A DNA stretch of 64,000 nucleotides from an uncultured Bacilli bacterium (lineage in GTDB: Bacteria > Bacillota_I > Bacilli_A > RF39 > UBA660): the NCBI GenBank assembly GCA_944358705.1, contig CALVRR010000001.1:40050-104049 (forward strand), read 5' to 3'. Below are positions 17,425 through 27,815 of the stretch, one piece after another (position 1 is the stretch's first letter; every line of letters starts with the position of its first letter). The translations under genes and the position numbers were made by a program. The notes under the pieces are model-generated. The model saw only the letters and a list, made by a program, of their open reading frames with translations, made no database searches and was not told the DNA's origin.

Positions 17425-18912
17425 ATGAAGAGAAGAAAATATCATAGAAATAATTATCATCGATATTATGGAATTTATTCCGATATGAATCCTTTAGAAA
17501 AGAAAAGGACTTCTGCTTATCGTTTCCATAAGATTATTATATGTACGATGTTTTTTGTTTTGGGATTTTGTCTTTTGGCTTGTTTTCAAATGTTAGCTTT
17601 GCCTAGAATTCAATTAGATGGGGGAAGTGTTATTGAAATAGAGTATAAAGATAATTATAAGGAACCAGGGTTTGTGTCTAGTTATTTTGGAAAGGATCTT
17701 ACTTCGAAGGTACGTGTACAAGGGAATGTGAATTCTTCAAAGTTAGGAGAGTATCCTATTACTTACCAAGTTTCTTATCATGGATTTCAAAAAACGAAAA
17801 CTAGAATTGTAAAAGTTGTTGATTCTAAAAAACCTAAAATTACTTTTGTTAATCATTCGAAAAAGTTATATATTTGTCCTAAGAGTAAATATTTGTATGA
17901 TGATTATGTAGCTTTTGATAATTATGATGGAGATATTACAGATAAAGTTCAAGTAAAAGAAATTGGTGGAAAGATGCGGTATACTGTTTTTGATTCTTTT
18001 GGAAATAAGACCGTTGTGGAAAGAGGTGTTTTTTATAAAGATGTAGAAGCACCTACATTAACTTTGGATTCTCCTACTACTGTGATGTTGATGGTGGGGG
18101 ACGATTTTTCGGATTCTACTTATCAGGTAGAGGATAATTGTAGTAGTAAGAAAAATATAAAAGTTACTGTGAAGGGAGAAGTGGATACTAGTAAAGTTGG
18201 TGAATATCAAAGACAGTATATTGCGAAAGATCAGGCGGGAAATGTTACTAAAGTAGTTCAAAAAGTAGTTGTTATGGAACCGGTGAAAAGAGGAGTTATT
18301 TATTTGACTTTTGATGATGGTCCTAGAAGTGGTACTACGGATATTATTTTAAATATTTTAAAAGAAGAAAATGTTAAAGCAACTTTTTTTGTTACGAATA
18401 GTGGTCCTAATGATTTAATTAAACGTGCTTATCGAGAAGGACATTCTATTGGACTTCATACTGCGAGTCATGATTATTCTGTAATTTATTCTTCGAAGGA
18501 GAACTATTTTAATGATTTAAAAGAAGTTTCGGATCGTGTTGAAAAACTTACGGGAGAGAAATCTATGTTGATTCGGTTTCCAGGTGGTTCTAGTAATACG
18601 ATTAGTCGAAAATATTGTCCAGGTATTATGAGTTATTTAACTAAAGAGGTTGTTAACCGTGGATATCGTTATTATGACTGGAATGTTGACTCACGAGATG
18701 CAGAAGGGGGAAGATTTTCAGCAGATGAGATTGCTTCTAATGTTACGTCGAGTTTATCTCATGATAGAGTAAATATGGTATTAATGCATGATATAAAAGT
18801 TACAACAAAAGATGCTTTACGTAAAATAATAAAATATGGAAAGGAACATGGTTATACATTTGATAAGATTACTCCTTATACAGATATGGTAACGCAGAGG
18901 GTAAATAATTAG
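17425..18912 (+). CDS. Membrane-anchored polysaccharide deacetylase (NodB domain) with Ig-like repeats
   Basis: N-terminal TM segment and two repeats with the KLGEYPITY / KVGEYQRQY pattern. NodB motifs YLTFDDGP, TFFV, GHSIGLHTASHD, RFPGGS. Confidence 0.8.
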   Translation: MKRRKYHRNNYHRYYGIYSDMNPLEKKRTSAYRFHKIIICTMFFVLGFCLLACFQMLALPRIQLDGGSVIEIEYKDNYKEPGFVSSYFGKDLTSKVRVQGNVNSSKLGEYPITYQVSYHGFQKTKTRIVKVVDSKKPKITFVNHSKKLYICPKSKYLYDDYVAFDNYDGDITDKVQVKEIGGKMRYTVFDSFGNKTVVERGVFYKDVEAPTLTLDSPTTVMLMVGDDFSDSTYQVEDNCSSKKNIKVTVKGEVDTSKVGEYQRQYIAKDQAGNVTKVVQKVVVMEPVKRGVIYLTFDDGPRSGTTDIILNILKEENVKATFFVTNSGPNDLIKRAYREGHSIGLHTASHDYSVIYSSKENYFNDLKEVSDRVEKLTGEKSMLIRFPGGSSNTISRKYCPGIMSYLTKEVVNRGYRYYDWNVDSRDAEGGRFSADEIASNVTSSLSHDRVNMVLMHDIKVTTKDALRKIIKYGKEHGYTFDKITPYTDMVTQRVNN

Positions 18913-18955
18913 ACTATTTTTAAGAATTCGTGTATAATGATTGTTAGGTGATAGT

Positions 18956-19474
18956 ATGGGTATTTTTAAACCAACGATGTATCGAAAGAATATTTTTGAA
19001 ATCGATTATGAGAAGCTAAAGGAAAGAGGCATCAAATGCCTTGTTTTCGACTTAGATAATACCTTGGGATTAATTGATCATGAGAAGTGTCCTAGAAATA
19101 CGAAAAAATTAATTAAAAACTTGCAGAAGGATTTTTTGATATTTATTGCTTCTAATAATAATAAAAGACGTATTCAACCCTATATGGAAGATTTAGGAGT
19201 CGGGGGAGTTAGTTGGTGTATGAAACCGTCTACTAGAGGTCTTCGTAAAATTCAAAAAAATTATCATGTTAAGAAAAAAGAAATGGTTATGATTGGAGAT
19301 CAAATTGTTACAGATATTTTGGCAGGTAAACGATTTCATATTATGACTATCTTGGTAGATCCGTTAGGTAAGAAAGATTTGAAAATTACAGGATTAAATC
19401 GTTACTGGGAAGATAAAATTGTTCGTAGATATGAAAAAAGAGGCGAATTTAGGAGAGGTAGTTATTATGACTAG
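18956..19474 (+). CDS. yqeG: YqeG family HAD-IIIA phosphatase
   Basis: CLVFDLDNTL HAD motif I, IASNN, MIGDQIVTDI. Conserved position upstream of yqeH. ATG follows AGGTGA. Confidence 0.8.
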   Translation: MGIFKPTMYRKNIFEIDYEKLKERGIKCLVFDLDNTLGLIDHEKCPRNTKKLIKNLQKDFLIFIASNNNKRRIQPYMEDLGVGGVSWCMKPSTRGLRKIQKNYHVKKKEMVMIGDQIVTDILAGKRFHIMTILVDPLGKKDLKITGLNRYWEDKIVRRYEKRGEFRRGSYYD

Positions 19475-20477
19475 TGAAAAGAAATGTATGGGTTGTGGTG
19501 TTTTATTACAAGATGAAAATATTTTACAGGAAGGATATACCACTAGTTTAGAAAATGATATTTGTCAGAGATGTTTTCGAATGAAAAATTATGGTGAATA
19601 TCAGATGATTGCAAAATCTAATGAAGAGTATTTATCGATTTTAAAAAGTGTTGGGGAAACGAAAGATTTAGTTTTATATATTACGGATTTATTAAATGTT
19701 GATAAAGATATGGAAGAAATTCGTAAAGCAATACCTAATAAAATGATTTTAGTTTTAAATAAGAAAGATGCTTTACCTAAATCTGTAAAAGAAGAAAAAT
19801 TAATTAATTACTTTAAAGATTTAAATTTAAATTTTGAAGAGATTATTGTTGTTAGTGTTAATAAGAATTATAATATTGATTATTTACTTAAAAGAATTAA
19901 ATATTATCAGACTAGTAAAACAGTTTATGCGGTTGGGCATACGAATGCTGGAAAGAGTAGTTTAATTAATAAGTTAATTAAAAATTATTCGGATAAAACA
20001 CAAGAAATTACGATGTCACCACTTCCATCTACGACATTAAATACGATTACGATTGAAATTAATGATTATTTAACATTAATTGATACTCCTGGACTTGTTG
20101 ATAGTGGTTCTATTTTAAATATTGTGGACCCTAAAATGGTAAAAAAGATTTCTCCTGTGAAAGAAATAAAGCCAAGGACTTATCAGATTCGTCGAAATCA
20201 ATCTATTATTATAGAAGATTTTTTACGAATTGATTATGTAGAAGGAGAGAAGAATAGTTTTACTTTGTATGTTGCAAATGGGTTAAAAGTAAAAAGATTA
20301 TTAAATTCTACTAATAAAGAGGATTTAAAAGATTTGAATAAAACTACTTATCAAGTTAAATATGGTGAAGATTTGGTTGTTTCTGGTCTAGGATTTATTA
20401 AAATGGTCGATAAGTGTGAAATTGATGTTTATATTGATAAACGTGTAGATACTTTTTTAAGACGAAATATGATTTAA
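19467..20477 (+). CDS. yqeH: Ribosome biogenesis GTPase YqeH
   Basis: N-terminal zinc finger CMGCGVLLQ...CQRCF, circularly permuted GTPase motifs LNKKD then GHTNAGKSSLIN and DTPG. Overlaps yqeG by 8 nt. Confidence 0.85.
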   Translation: MTSEKKCMGCGVLLQDENILQEGYTTSLENDICQRCFRMKNYGEYQMIAKSNEEYLSILKSVGETKDLVLYITDLLNVDKDMEEIRKAIPNKMILVLNKKDALPKSVKEEKLINYFKDLNLNFEEIIVVSVNKNYNIDYLLKRIKYYQTSKTVYAVGHTNAGKSSLINKLIKNYSDKTQEITMSPLPSTTLNTITIEINDYLTLIDTPGLVDSGSILNIVDPKMVKKISPVKEIKPRTYQIRRNQSIIIEDFLRIDYVEGEKNSFTLYVANGLKVKRLLNSTNKEDLKDLNKTTYQVKYGEDLVVSGLGFIKMVDKCEIDVYIDKRVDTFLRRNMI

Positions 20478-20479
20478 GG

Positions 20480-20522
20480 AAATAGTTTTGTTTTCTGTTA
20501 TAGAAAATAAAACTATTTTTTC
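20480..20522 (+). terminator. Rho-independent terminator after yqeH
   Basis: 16-bp stem AAATAGTTTTGTTTTC / GAAAATAAAACTATTT with one G-U pair, loop TGTTATA, then a T-run. Confidence 0.75.
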
Positions 20523-20569
20523 ATTGCTTTTTTTCTTGATATTGTATAGAATACTAACTGGGTGATTGG

Positions 20570-21142
20570 ATGAAATTATTTAAGTTTGCTTTGGATGTGG
20601 AAGAGGATTATAAAAACTGGGATAATTCCGTTGATAATGCTTTTGATGATTTTGAACATGCGGAAAAAGTTCTTTCTTGGAATATCGAAGAAATGAAAGA
20701 GACTATTCGCGAAGATTGTATTCAACTTGTAAAAAGTTGTGGTACTTATGCTAAAAGTTTTATGTTGGCACCTTTTGATGGGGATGTTTTACGACCAGAG
20801 GCAGCTTTTGCAAAGATTCAATTTTTAAAGGAAAAGATTTATTATGCGAGAAGAGCTCTTTCTTTTCAAAAAGAAATATTTGCTTCTGTTACGAGGGATA
20901 ATTATGTAGAAGTTGCTAGGTTTAGTGATTATTGTCGAGATTATTGTCTTGATGTGAATTTCGAATTAGATAATAGACAGGACTCTATTTGTCATAATAT
21001 TGATTGTGGATTTGCTGATCGGTTTGATTTTTCTATGGTAGAAGATATCAATTCTTCTTTTTCTAATTTTGAGGATTTCTATTCGATGCAATTAAGAACA
21101 ATAAAAAGTTCACAAACAGTGGAAAAAATTAAAAATTCGTGA
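20570..21142 (+). CDS. Hypothetical acidic protein
   Basis: 190-aa open frame with RBS GGGTGA. No family recognised. Confidence 0.5.
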   Translation: MKLFKFALDVEEDYKNWDNSVDNAFDDFEHAEKVLSWNIEEMKETIREDCIQLVKSCGTYAKSFMLAPFDGDVLRPEAAFAKIQFLKEKIYYARRALSFQKEIFASVTRDNYVEVARFSDYCRDYCLDVNFELDNRQDSICHNIDCGFADRFDFSMVEDINSSFSNFEDFYSMQLRTIKSSQTVEKIKNS

Positions 21143-21175
21143 TATAATTAGTAATGTTTTATAGGAGTGGTGTCA

Positions 21176-22900
21176 ATGAATAATGAACTTGCTAATGAAA
21201 TAAGAAGTAAGTGTGATATTGTTGATATCATTGGTGAGAGAATTCCTTTAGTTGCTCGTGGTAAGAATTTTTTTGGAGTTTGTCCTTTTCATGATGATTC
21301 TAATCCTTCGATGTGTGTTTCTCGTGAAAAGCAGATATACACTTGTTTTTCTTGTCATGCAACGGGGAATGTTTTTACTTTTTTAATGAATTATGAACAT
21401 ATAGATTTTCGTGAAGCTTTACGTTATTTAGGAGAGAAGGTTGGAGTAAATGTTTCTGGTATTTCTATTGCCAGAAAGAATACGAAGTATGATTCTTTTT
21501 ATGAAGCTTATTCCTTTTCTTTAAAATACTTTCAAAATAATTTGCAATCTAAGATTGGAAAAGATGCAAGAAGTTATTTGGCGGCTAGAAAAATTGATGA
21601 GAAGGTTATTAAAGAATTTGAAATTGGATTATCTTTAGATAGTAGTGATGATTTAACAAAATTACTTACTAGTAAGAAGTATGATTTGGGAGTTTTAAAT
21701 AGAATTGGATTATCTAGTGATACTAGAGATATCTATATTGATCGTATTATGTTTCCTTTGTATGACTTAGGAGGAAAAGTTGTTGGTTTTAGTGGAAGAA
21801 TTTATAAAGATAATGGACAAAATAAGTATTTAAATACGAAGGAAACTCCAATTTTTAAAAAAGGACAATTATTATATCATTATCATATTGCAAGAGAAGA
21901 GTGTAGGTTAAAGAAGTCGGTTATTCTTATGGAAGGATTTATGGATGTTATCCGGGCTAGTACGATTGGTATACGAAATACGGTAGCCTTAATGGGAACG
22001 GCTCTTACGAATGAACAATTGGAGTTAATTAAGCGACTTTCTAACAATGTTATTTTATGTTTGGACGGAGATGATCCTGGAGTACATGCGACTCTTAGTA
22101 TTGGTGATATGTTACTTTCTCATGGGATTGAAGCCAAAGTAGTAGTTCTTCCTAATCCAGAGGATCCCGATAGTTTTATTTTGAATCATGGAAAAGAAAG
22201 CTTTTTAAATCTATTGGATAGTGCTGTTACTTTTAATGATTTTAAACTTCGAAAATTAAAGGAAAAAGTTGATTTTCGAAGTGATGAAGAAACAGCCCAT
22301 TATATTAATCAAGTTTTAATGGAAACTACGAAAGTACAAGATCCCATTCGAATTGAAATTATACTTAAAAAACTTGCAAAAGAATTTGATTTGAGTTATA
22401 ATACACTGGAAATGCGTTTTCGTGAATTAGAAAAACCAAAACCAAAAGAGGCACCTGTAGTAGTTACGTATCAGAAGACAAAGAAAAAAACAAAGTATGA
22501 AAAAGCGATGGAACAAATACTTTACTTTATGTTAAATAATGACTGGGTAATTAGTTTATTTGAGAAAGAAAGATTTATCTTTCCTAATGAAGAGAGTCGA
22601 TTATTAGCAAGTGAGATTGTATATTATTATACGACGTATGGAAATATCAATATTCCAGATTTTTATACTTATGTTCAAGATAAAGAAGAAATTGTAAATT
22701 TTCTCAATGAAATTTTGGCTGGAAATTATTCGGAGTCTACTTCTCGAGATGATTTGTTTGAATATTTTGGAGTGGTTCGTGAATATAGTCGTACTCAAGA
22801 GATTAAAAGACTTACAAATTCATTAAAAAAAGAAGTGGATCCTGTAGTTCAGGCAGAAATTGCAGAGAAGATTCGGAAGTTACGGATAGGAGATAAATAA
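21176..22900 (+). CDS. dnaG: DNA primase DnaG
   Basis: Zinc finger [14 protein letters not shown]...[11 protein letters not shown] and TOPRIM region EGFMDV...LDGDDPG. Classic dnaG-rpoD order. ATG at 21176 follows AGGAG. Confidence 0.95.
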   Translation: MNNELANEIRSKCDIVDIIGERIPLVARGKNFFGVCPFHDDSNPSMCVSREKQIYTCFSCHATGNVFTFLMNYEHIDFREALRYLGEKVGVNVSGISIARKNTKYDSFYEAYSFSLKYFQNNLQSKIGKDARSYLAARKIDEKVIKEFEIGLSLDSSDDLTKLLTSKKYDLGVLNRIGLSSDTRDIYIDRIMFPLYDLGGKVVGFSGRIYKDNGQNKYLNTKETPIFKKGQLLYHYHIAREECRLKKSVILMEGFMDVIRASTIGIRNTVALMGTALTNEQLELIKRLSNNVILCLDGDDPGVHATLSIGDMLLSHGIEAKVVVLPNPEDPDSFILNHGKESFLNLLDSAVTFNDFKLRKLKEKVDFRSDEETAHYINQVLMETTKVQDPIRIEIILKKLAKEFDLSYNTLEMRFRELEKPKPKEAPVVVTYQKTKKKTKYEKAMEQILYFMLNNDWVISLFEKERFIFPNEESRLLASEIVYYYTTYGNINIPDFYTYVQDKEEIVNFLNEILAGNYSESTSRDDLFEYFGVVREYSRTQEIKRLTNSLKKEVDPVVQAEIAEKIRKLRIGDK

Positions 22901-22902
22901 GA

Positions 22903-23994
22903 ATGGTTGGAGAAATTAAGACAATTGAAGAGAGAAAACAAAAATTACTAGCGTTAGGTAAAAAACAAGGTTATATTACTTATGAACAATTGGCAGAAGA
23001 GTTAAAAGGGTTAGATATTGATAGTGATACTTTGGATGAGTTGTATAATTTCTTAATGGAATCAGAGATTGATATTGTTTCTGAAGATGGTAGTGATGAT
23101 GCTACTGGGGAAGAAATTACAGAGAATGTACCAGTAGAAAATTTGACTTTGTCTAAAGATGTTAAAATTAATGATCCTGTACGTATGTATTTAAAAGAGA
23201 TTGGACGTATTAACTTACTTACTTCCGATGAAGAGTTTGAGTATGCAAAACGTGCAGAAGAAGGGGATGAAGAGGCAAAGAGAATGCTTGCAGAATCCAA
23301 TTTACGTTTGGTTGTTAGTATCGCTAAAAGATATGTTGGACGAGGAATGTTATTTTTGGATTTAATTCAAGAAGGTAATATCGGTCTTATGAAAGCTGTT
23401 GATAAGTTTGATCCAACAAAGGGTTATAAATTTTCTACTTATGCAACTTGGTGGATTCGTCAAGCAATTACTCGTGCGATTGCCGATCAAGCAAGAACGA
23501 TTCGTGTACCAGTACATATGGTAGAAACCATTAATAAACTTGCTCGTGTACAACGTCAATTAACACAAGATTTAAATCGTGAACCTACGGATGAAGAAAT
23601 TGCTAAAAAGTTAGGTATTTCTATTGAAAAGGTTCGTGAAGTTTATAAAATTTCTCAAGATCCAGTTTCCTTAGAAACTCCAATTGGTGAAGAAGATGAT
23701 TCTCACTTAGGGGACTTTATTAAAGATGAGAGAACTATGGGGCCAGAGGAATATGCAACGATTGAAATGTTAAAAGAAGAACTTCAAGGGGTTTTAGGAA
23801 CGCTTACTGATCGTGAAGAAAAAGTATTACGTTTACGCTTTGGACTTGATGATGGACAATGTCGTACGCTAGAAGAAGTTGGTCAAATCTTCGGAGTTAC
23901 ACGTGAAAGAATTCGTCAAATTGAAGCGAAAGCTTTACGTAAATTAAGACATCCATCTCGTTCTAGAAAATTAAAGGACTTTTTAACGGATTAA
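22903..23994 (+). CDS. rpoD: Primary sigma factor RpoD/SigA
   Basis: Regions 2-4: [100 protein letters not shown]. Confidence 0.97.
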   Translation: MVGEIKTIEERKQKLLALGKKQGYITYEQLAEELKGLDIDSDTLDELYNFLMESEIDIVSEDGSDDATGEEITENVPVENLTLSKDVKINDPVRMYLKEIGRINLLTSDEEFEYAKRAEEGDEEAKRMLAESNLRLVVSIAKRYVGRGMLFLDLIQEGNIGLMKAVDKFDPTKGYKFSTYATWWIRQAITRAIADQARTIRVPVHMVETINKLARVQRQLTQDLNREPTDEEIAKKLGISIEKVREVYKISQDPVSLETPIGEEDDSHLGDFIKDERTMGPEEYATIEMLKEELQGVLGTLTDREEKVLRLRFGLDDGQCRTLEEVGQIFGVTRERIRQIEAKALRKLRHPSRSRKLKDFLTD

Positions 23995-24665
23995 TGAAAA
24001 TTAATCAGCGCTTAAAGAAAATAGGGGATTTAGTGGAAGCTAATTCCTTTTGTTTAGATGTTGGATGTGACCATGCTTTTTTAGATATTTATTTGGTAGA
24101 GAGAAATGATAATATTCACGCGATTGCTAGTGATGTTAAAGAAGGACCATTAAATCAAGCAAGAGAAAATATAAAAAAATATCATTTAGAAGATAAGATT
24201 GAGTGTCGCTTAGGAGATGGGTTAGATACTTATAGTGATGATGTTGATACCATTATTATTTCTGGTATGGGTGGAAGAGGAATGATTGGTATTTTTAAGA
24301 ATCATTTCGAAGTATTAAAAAAAGTAGATACCATTATTCTTAGTCCTAATAATTATCAGATAGATGTTAAAAAGTTTCTTTGTAAACATCATTTTTATCT
24401 TTCGAATGAGGAATTAGTTAAAGAAGGAAAGTTTATCTATCAGATACTTGTTTTTTCGAAAGGAAAGAGAAAATATACTAAAAAAGATTATTTCTTTGGA
24501 CCAGTTTTATTAAAGAAAAAAGGAAGCTTGTTTGAAGAATATTATAAGAGAGAATTAAAATCTAGAGAAATATTACTTCAAATTTTGCCTAAAAATTATC
24601 GATGGAAGAAGTTTTTAACGAGAAGAGAAATTAAGATGATAAAAGAAGAAATAAATAATAAATAA
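23994..24665 (+). CDS. trmK: tRNA (adenine22-N1)-methyltransferase TrmK-like SAM methyltransferase
   Basis: LDVGCDHAFLDIYL, AIASDVKEGPL, GDGL and IIISGMGG match the TrmK/YqfN pattern. The ATG shares one nt with the rpoD stop, and its position after rpoD is conserved. Confidence 0.8.
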   Translation: MKINQRLKKIGDLVEANSFCLDVGCDHAFLDIYLVERNDNIHAIASDVKEGPLNQARENIKKYHLEDKIECRLGDGLDTYSDDVDTIIISGMGGRGMIGIFKNHFEVLKKVDTIILSPNNYQIDVKKFLCKHHFYLSNEELVKEGKFIYQILVFSKGKRKYTKKDYFFGPVLLKKKGSLFEEYYKRELKSREILLQILPKNYRWKKFLTRREIKMIKEEINNK

Positions 24666-24748
24666 TTTTCTTCTTTTTTTCTTTAATTTAAGTTAAAATA
24701 TATAATATAATTAGGCGTAAGAAAGGTTTTGATTTAAATCTAGATAAG

Positions 24749-25294
24749 ATGGAGATGATTTTGGTGTCCAATAATGAAGAAATACAAATAATGGGATATG
24801 AAGAAAAATATGCAAAGGAAATGTCTGAAATTATATTAAGTAATTTATATACGATTAATATTAAAGATTATGGGAAAGAAGCAATTGATAAAATAGCAAG
24901 ACATTTTACAGAAGATGAGATAAAGAAAAATTTTCCTAATAGAGTTAAATGTTTTGTTGCTTTAAAAGAGGGAAAAGTTGTGGGGACTGCAAGTATTGAT
25001 AGAATTAAAGATATGTATGGGGTTAAAATTGAACATAGGGAAAATAAATATATAATATTAACAGTTTTTACTAGTTTAGAAAATCAACATCAAGGAATTG
25101 GGAAAATGTTAATTCAAAAAATTGAAGAATATGCGTCAGAAAAACAAGCTACGGAATTATTAATTCCTGCTTCAATTTATGGGTGTGAGTTTTATAAAAA
25201 ATTAGGTTATGATTATTATCATGGTATAAAAACACTTAATGAAGACGGGGAATATGTACTATCTAAATGTATAACAAAAGGAAAAAAACTCTAA
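24749..25294 (+). CDS. GNAT family N-acetyltransferase
   Basis: Acetyl-CoA motif NQHQGIGKMLIQKIEEYA followed by FYKKLGY. Confidence 0.7.
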   Translation: MEMILVSNNEEIQIMGYEEKYAKEMSEIILSNLYTINIKDYGKEAIDKIARHFTEDEIKKNFPNRVKCFVALKEGKVVGTASIDRIKDMYGVKIEHRENKYIILTVFTSLENQHQGIGKMLIQKIEEYASEKQATELLIPASIYGCEFYKKLGYDYYHGIKTLNEDGEYVLSKCITKGKKL

Positions 25295-25318
25295 AACTTA
25301 TTAGAGTTTTTTTTCTTT
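25285..25318 (+). terminator. Rho-independent terminator after the GNAT gene
   Basis: Stem AAAACTCTAA / TTAGAGTTTT followed by a T-run. Confidence 0.8.
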
Positions 25319-25320
25319 TG

Positions 25321-25329
25321 TGTTATAAT
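25321..25329 (+). promoter_or_regulatory. Extended -10 element TGTTATAAT upstream of the CDF genes
   Basis: TGtTATAAT at 25321-25329, 26 nt before the CDS at 25355. Confidence 0.5.
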
Positions 25330-25354
25330 CCTTAATAGGATAGGAGTAGATTCT

Positions 25355-26224
25355 ATGACGAGAGAGTTAAAAGCTTTAGCGTTTAGTATGATTTATAATT
25401 TTATTATTTCAATTATTAAACTTTTTGGAGGGGTGTTTTTTCAATTAGGTTCTTTGTTTGCAGATGGTTTGCATACTCTTAGTGACTTTATTACAGATAT
25501 CGTTTCTTTTGTTGGGGTAAAACTTTCAAAGAAAAGACCTACGAAGGCTCATCCCTTTGGTTTTGGAAAAGTTGAGTATCTTACTAATTTGTTTGTTGGA
25601 ATGCTTCTTGTTATTTTATCTATTTATATTATTATTGATGGTTTTTTAGGAGAAGTTCATGTTCCTAGTAATGCGGTTTTCTTTTTACTGCTTACTGTTT
25701 TTTTCTTAAAACTTATTGTGTTACTTTTTTTATCTTATACTATGAAAAAAAATCATAGTCAGGTTTTACTTACTTCTTTTAAAGAAGCAAAGGCGGATTT
25801 GTATTCGACTATTATCGTATTTTTGGTCGTTTTGTTATTAAAGTTTTCTTATCGATATCCGTTTTTAGAATATGCGGATGTTTTGGGAGCTATTCTTATC
25901 GGTCTTATGATATTTCATATGGCATTTCATATTCTTGTTGATAATTCGTTGTGTTTGTTAGGAGAAGCAGAAGTGGATTCTTTGTTAACTGAAAATATTT
26001 TGGAATTTATTCGACAAATTCACGGGGTGGAGGATGCTAAAGTTACTTTGATTAAGTATGGAAATTACTATAAAATTCAAGTAGTTGTAGAGGTGGATAA
26101 AGGACTTAGTTTTCGGCAAATTATGAATTTGGAACATAAATTAAAACAAGAGTTGGTAAGACATCGATCTTTTCATGTGAAGTATCCAACGATTTATATA
26201 ACGAATGATTTAGAAAGGGAGTAG
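25355..26224 (+). CDS. Cation diffusion facilitator (CDF) family metal efflux transporter, copy 1
   Basis: FADGLHTLSDFITDIVSFVG, HPFGFGKVEYL, 6 TM segments and a C-terminal cytoplasmic domain. Confidence 0.85.
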   Translation: MTRELKALAFSMIYNFIISIIKLFGGVFFQLGSLFADGLHTLSDFITDIVSFVGVKLSKKRPTKAHPFGFGKVEYLTNLFVGMLLVILSIYIIIDGFLGEVHVPSNAVFFLLLTVFFLKLIVLLFLSYTMKKNHSQVLLTSFKEAKADLYSTIIVFLVVLLLKFSYRYPFLEYADVLGAILIGLMIFHMAFHILVDNSLCLLGEAEVDSLLTENILEFIRQIHGVEDAKVTLIKYGNYYKIQVVVEVDKGLSFRQIMNLEHKLKQELVRHRSFHVKYPTIYITNDLERE

Positions 26225-26230
26225 TGTTTT

Positions 26231-27097
26231 ATGGGAAAAGAAACAAGTGTTTTGATATTTAGTATGGTTTCTAATTTTATTATTGCGGTTTTTAAGATTA
26301 TTGGAGGTTATGTTTTTCGGTTTTCTTCTCTTTTTGCGGATGGACTTCAAACATTTAGTGATTTTGTTACTGATATTGTTTCTTTTCTTGGAGCTAAGTT
26401 TTCTAAAAAACAACCAACGAAAAGTCATCCTTTTGGTTTTGGAAAAGTAGAATATCTTACGAATTTATTTGTTGGTGTTCTTTTGTTTTTACTAGGAATC
26501 TTTATTATTTATAATGGAATTCGAAGTCGTTGGCATATTCCTTCTCTTACTGTATTATGGTTACTTCTTATTTGTTTTGTTATCAAAGGTGTTGTTTTGG
26601 TCTTTTTGTATACGGTTGGGAAAAGAATTAATAGTCAATTATTAATCACTTCTTTTGAAGAATCTAAAATGGATATGTATGCTTCTTGTGGTGTTGTAGT
26701 TGCAGTTATTTTATTACAATTTTCGGATACGATTGTTTTGTTTCGATATGTGGATCTTGTTGTTGGAGTTTTCATAGGTCTTATTGTTTTAAAGACAGCA
26801 ATTGCTATTTTAGTTGATAATTCTATGAATTTAATTGGGAAAGTTGAAGTGGATTCTAAACTTAGTAAAGAGATTGAAGAGTTTCTTTTAAATATTCCGG
26901 GAGTAGAAAAGGTTAATATATATTTGATTCGTTATGGGAATTATTATAAAATTCAATTGATTGTAGAAATGGATTCTAGACTTACTTTACGACAAGTAAC
27001 GAGATTAGAAGAAAATATAAAAAGAGAATTGGTAAGACATCGTTCTTTTCATGTGAAATATCCAACGATTTATGTTACTAGTCATTTGGACAAATAA
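26231..27097 (+). CDS. Cation diffusion facilitator (CDF) family metal efflux transporter, copy 2
   Basis: FADGLQTFSDFVTDIVSFLG and HPFGFGKVEYL. Tandem paralog of the preceding gene, 6 nt downstream. Confidence 0.85.
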   Translation: MGKETSVLIFSMVSNFIIAVFKIIGGYVFRFSSLFADGLQTFSDFVTDIVSFLGAKFSKKQPTKSHPFGFGKVEYLTNLFVGVLLFLLGIFIIYNGIRSRWHIPSLTVLWLLLICFVIKGVVLVFLYTVGKRINSQLLITSFEESKMDMYASCGVVVAVILLQFSDTIVLFRYVDLVVGVFIGLIVLKTAIAILVDNSMNLIGKVEVDSKLSKEIEEFLLNIPGVEKVNIYLIRYGNYYKIQLIVEMDSRLTLRQVTRLEENIKRELVRHRSFHVKYPTIYVTSHLDK

Positions 27098-27128
27098 AAA
27101 CTTCAGATTTTTTCTGAAGTCTTTTTTT
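27096..27128. terminator. Bidirectional terminator between convergent genes
   Basis: Stem ACTTCAGA / TCTGAAGT flanked by an A-run upstream and a T-run downstream. Confidence 0.75.
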
Positions 27129-27693
27129 AATCATTTATTTTATCTTTATCATATTGTAGAACTTCTCCTGATGTTGATATTTCAAAGTCGTATTCATAAG
27201 TTGCATCGCGCCATTCAATATCATAAATAGCAATACCATCATCTGTATCTTCTTGTTCTTTTATTAATGTTAAATTTTCTTCTTTTAAGTTTGCGTGTTT
27301 TAAAGCAATTTCTTTTGCTTCTTCTAAAGTAATTTCTTTTGTGTTATCGGTTTGGTTGTTATTTTCGTTATTTGTTGTGTTATTAGTTGTATTGTTATCA
27401 CTTTGTTCCTTGGTTCTAAAATCAGTATAGATTACTTTTCCTTCTTTTGCATCTATTTTTGCTTCATATTCTTGGTTGTTGTAGTAGAAGTCTATTTCGT
27501 ATTGATGATTATCCATTTCTAAATCTACGTTTTCAAAATGAATGTCATTTTCTTCTACTTGGATGTGTTTTGCAAGAGTTTCTTTGGCTTCTTCTTGACT
27601 GATGTATGCCGTATTTCTATAGATTAAGAACCCTGCTATAACAATGATTGTAATAACAACTATCCCAATTAAAATTTTTGCCCATTTTGGCAT
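27127..27693 (-). CDS. Membrane-anchored protein with two PepSY domains
   Basis: N-terminal TM segment. Two units of the EEAKE..LKH....YE.DF...YE..ID...G.V pattern separated by an Asn/Thr-rich linker. Confidence 0.7.
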   Translation of the reverse strand: MPKWAKILIGIVVITIIVIAGFLIYRNTAYISQEEAKETLAKHIQVEENDIHFENVDLEMDNHQYEIDFYYNNQEYEAKIDAKEGKVIYTDFRTKEQSDNNTTNNTTNNENNNQTDNTKEITLEEAKEIALKHANLKEENLTLIKEQEDTDDGIAIYDIEWRDATYEYDFEISTSGEVLQYDKDKIND

Positions 27694-27815
27694 ATTATCA
27701 CCTCGATATTATTGTAATATAGATTTTTTTCTTTGTCATTACATTTTGTAAAAATATATATTGTAATTTTTCGCTTTTATGTTATTATATAAAGCACTAG
27801 GAAAGTGGGAAATTT

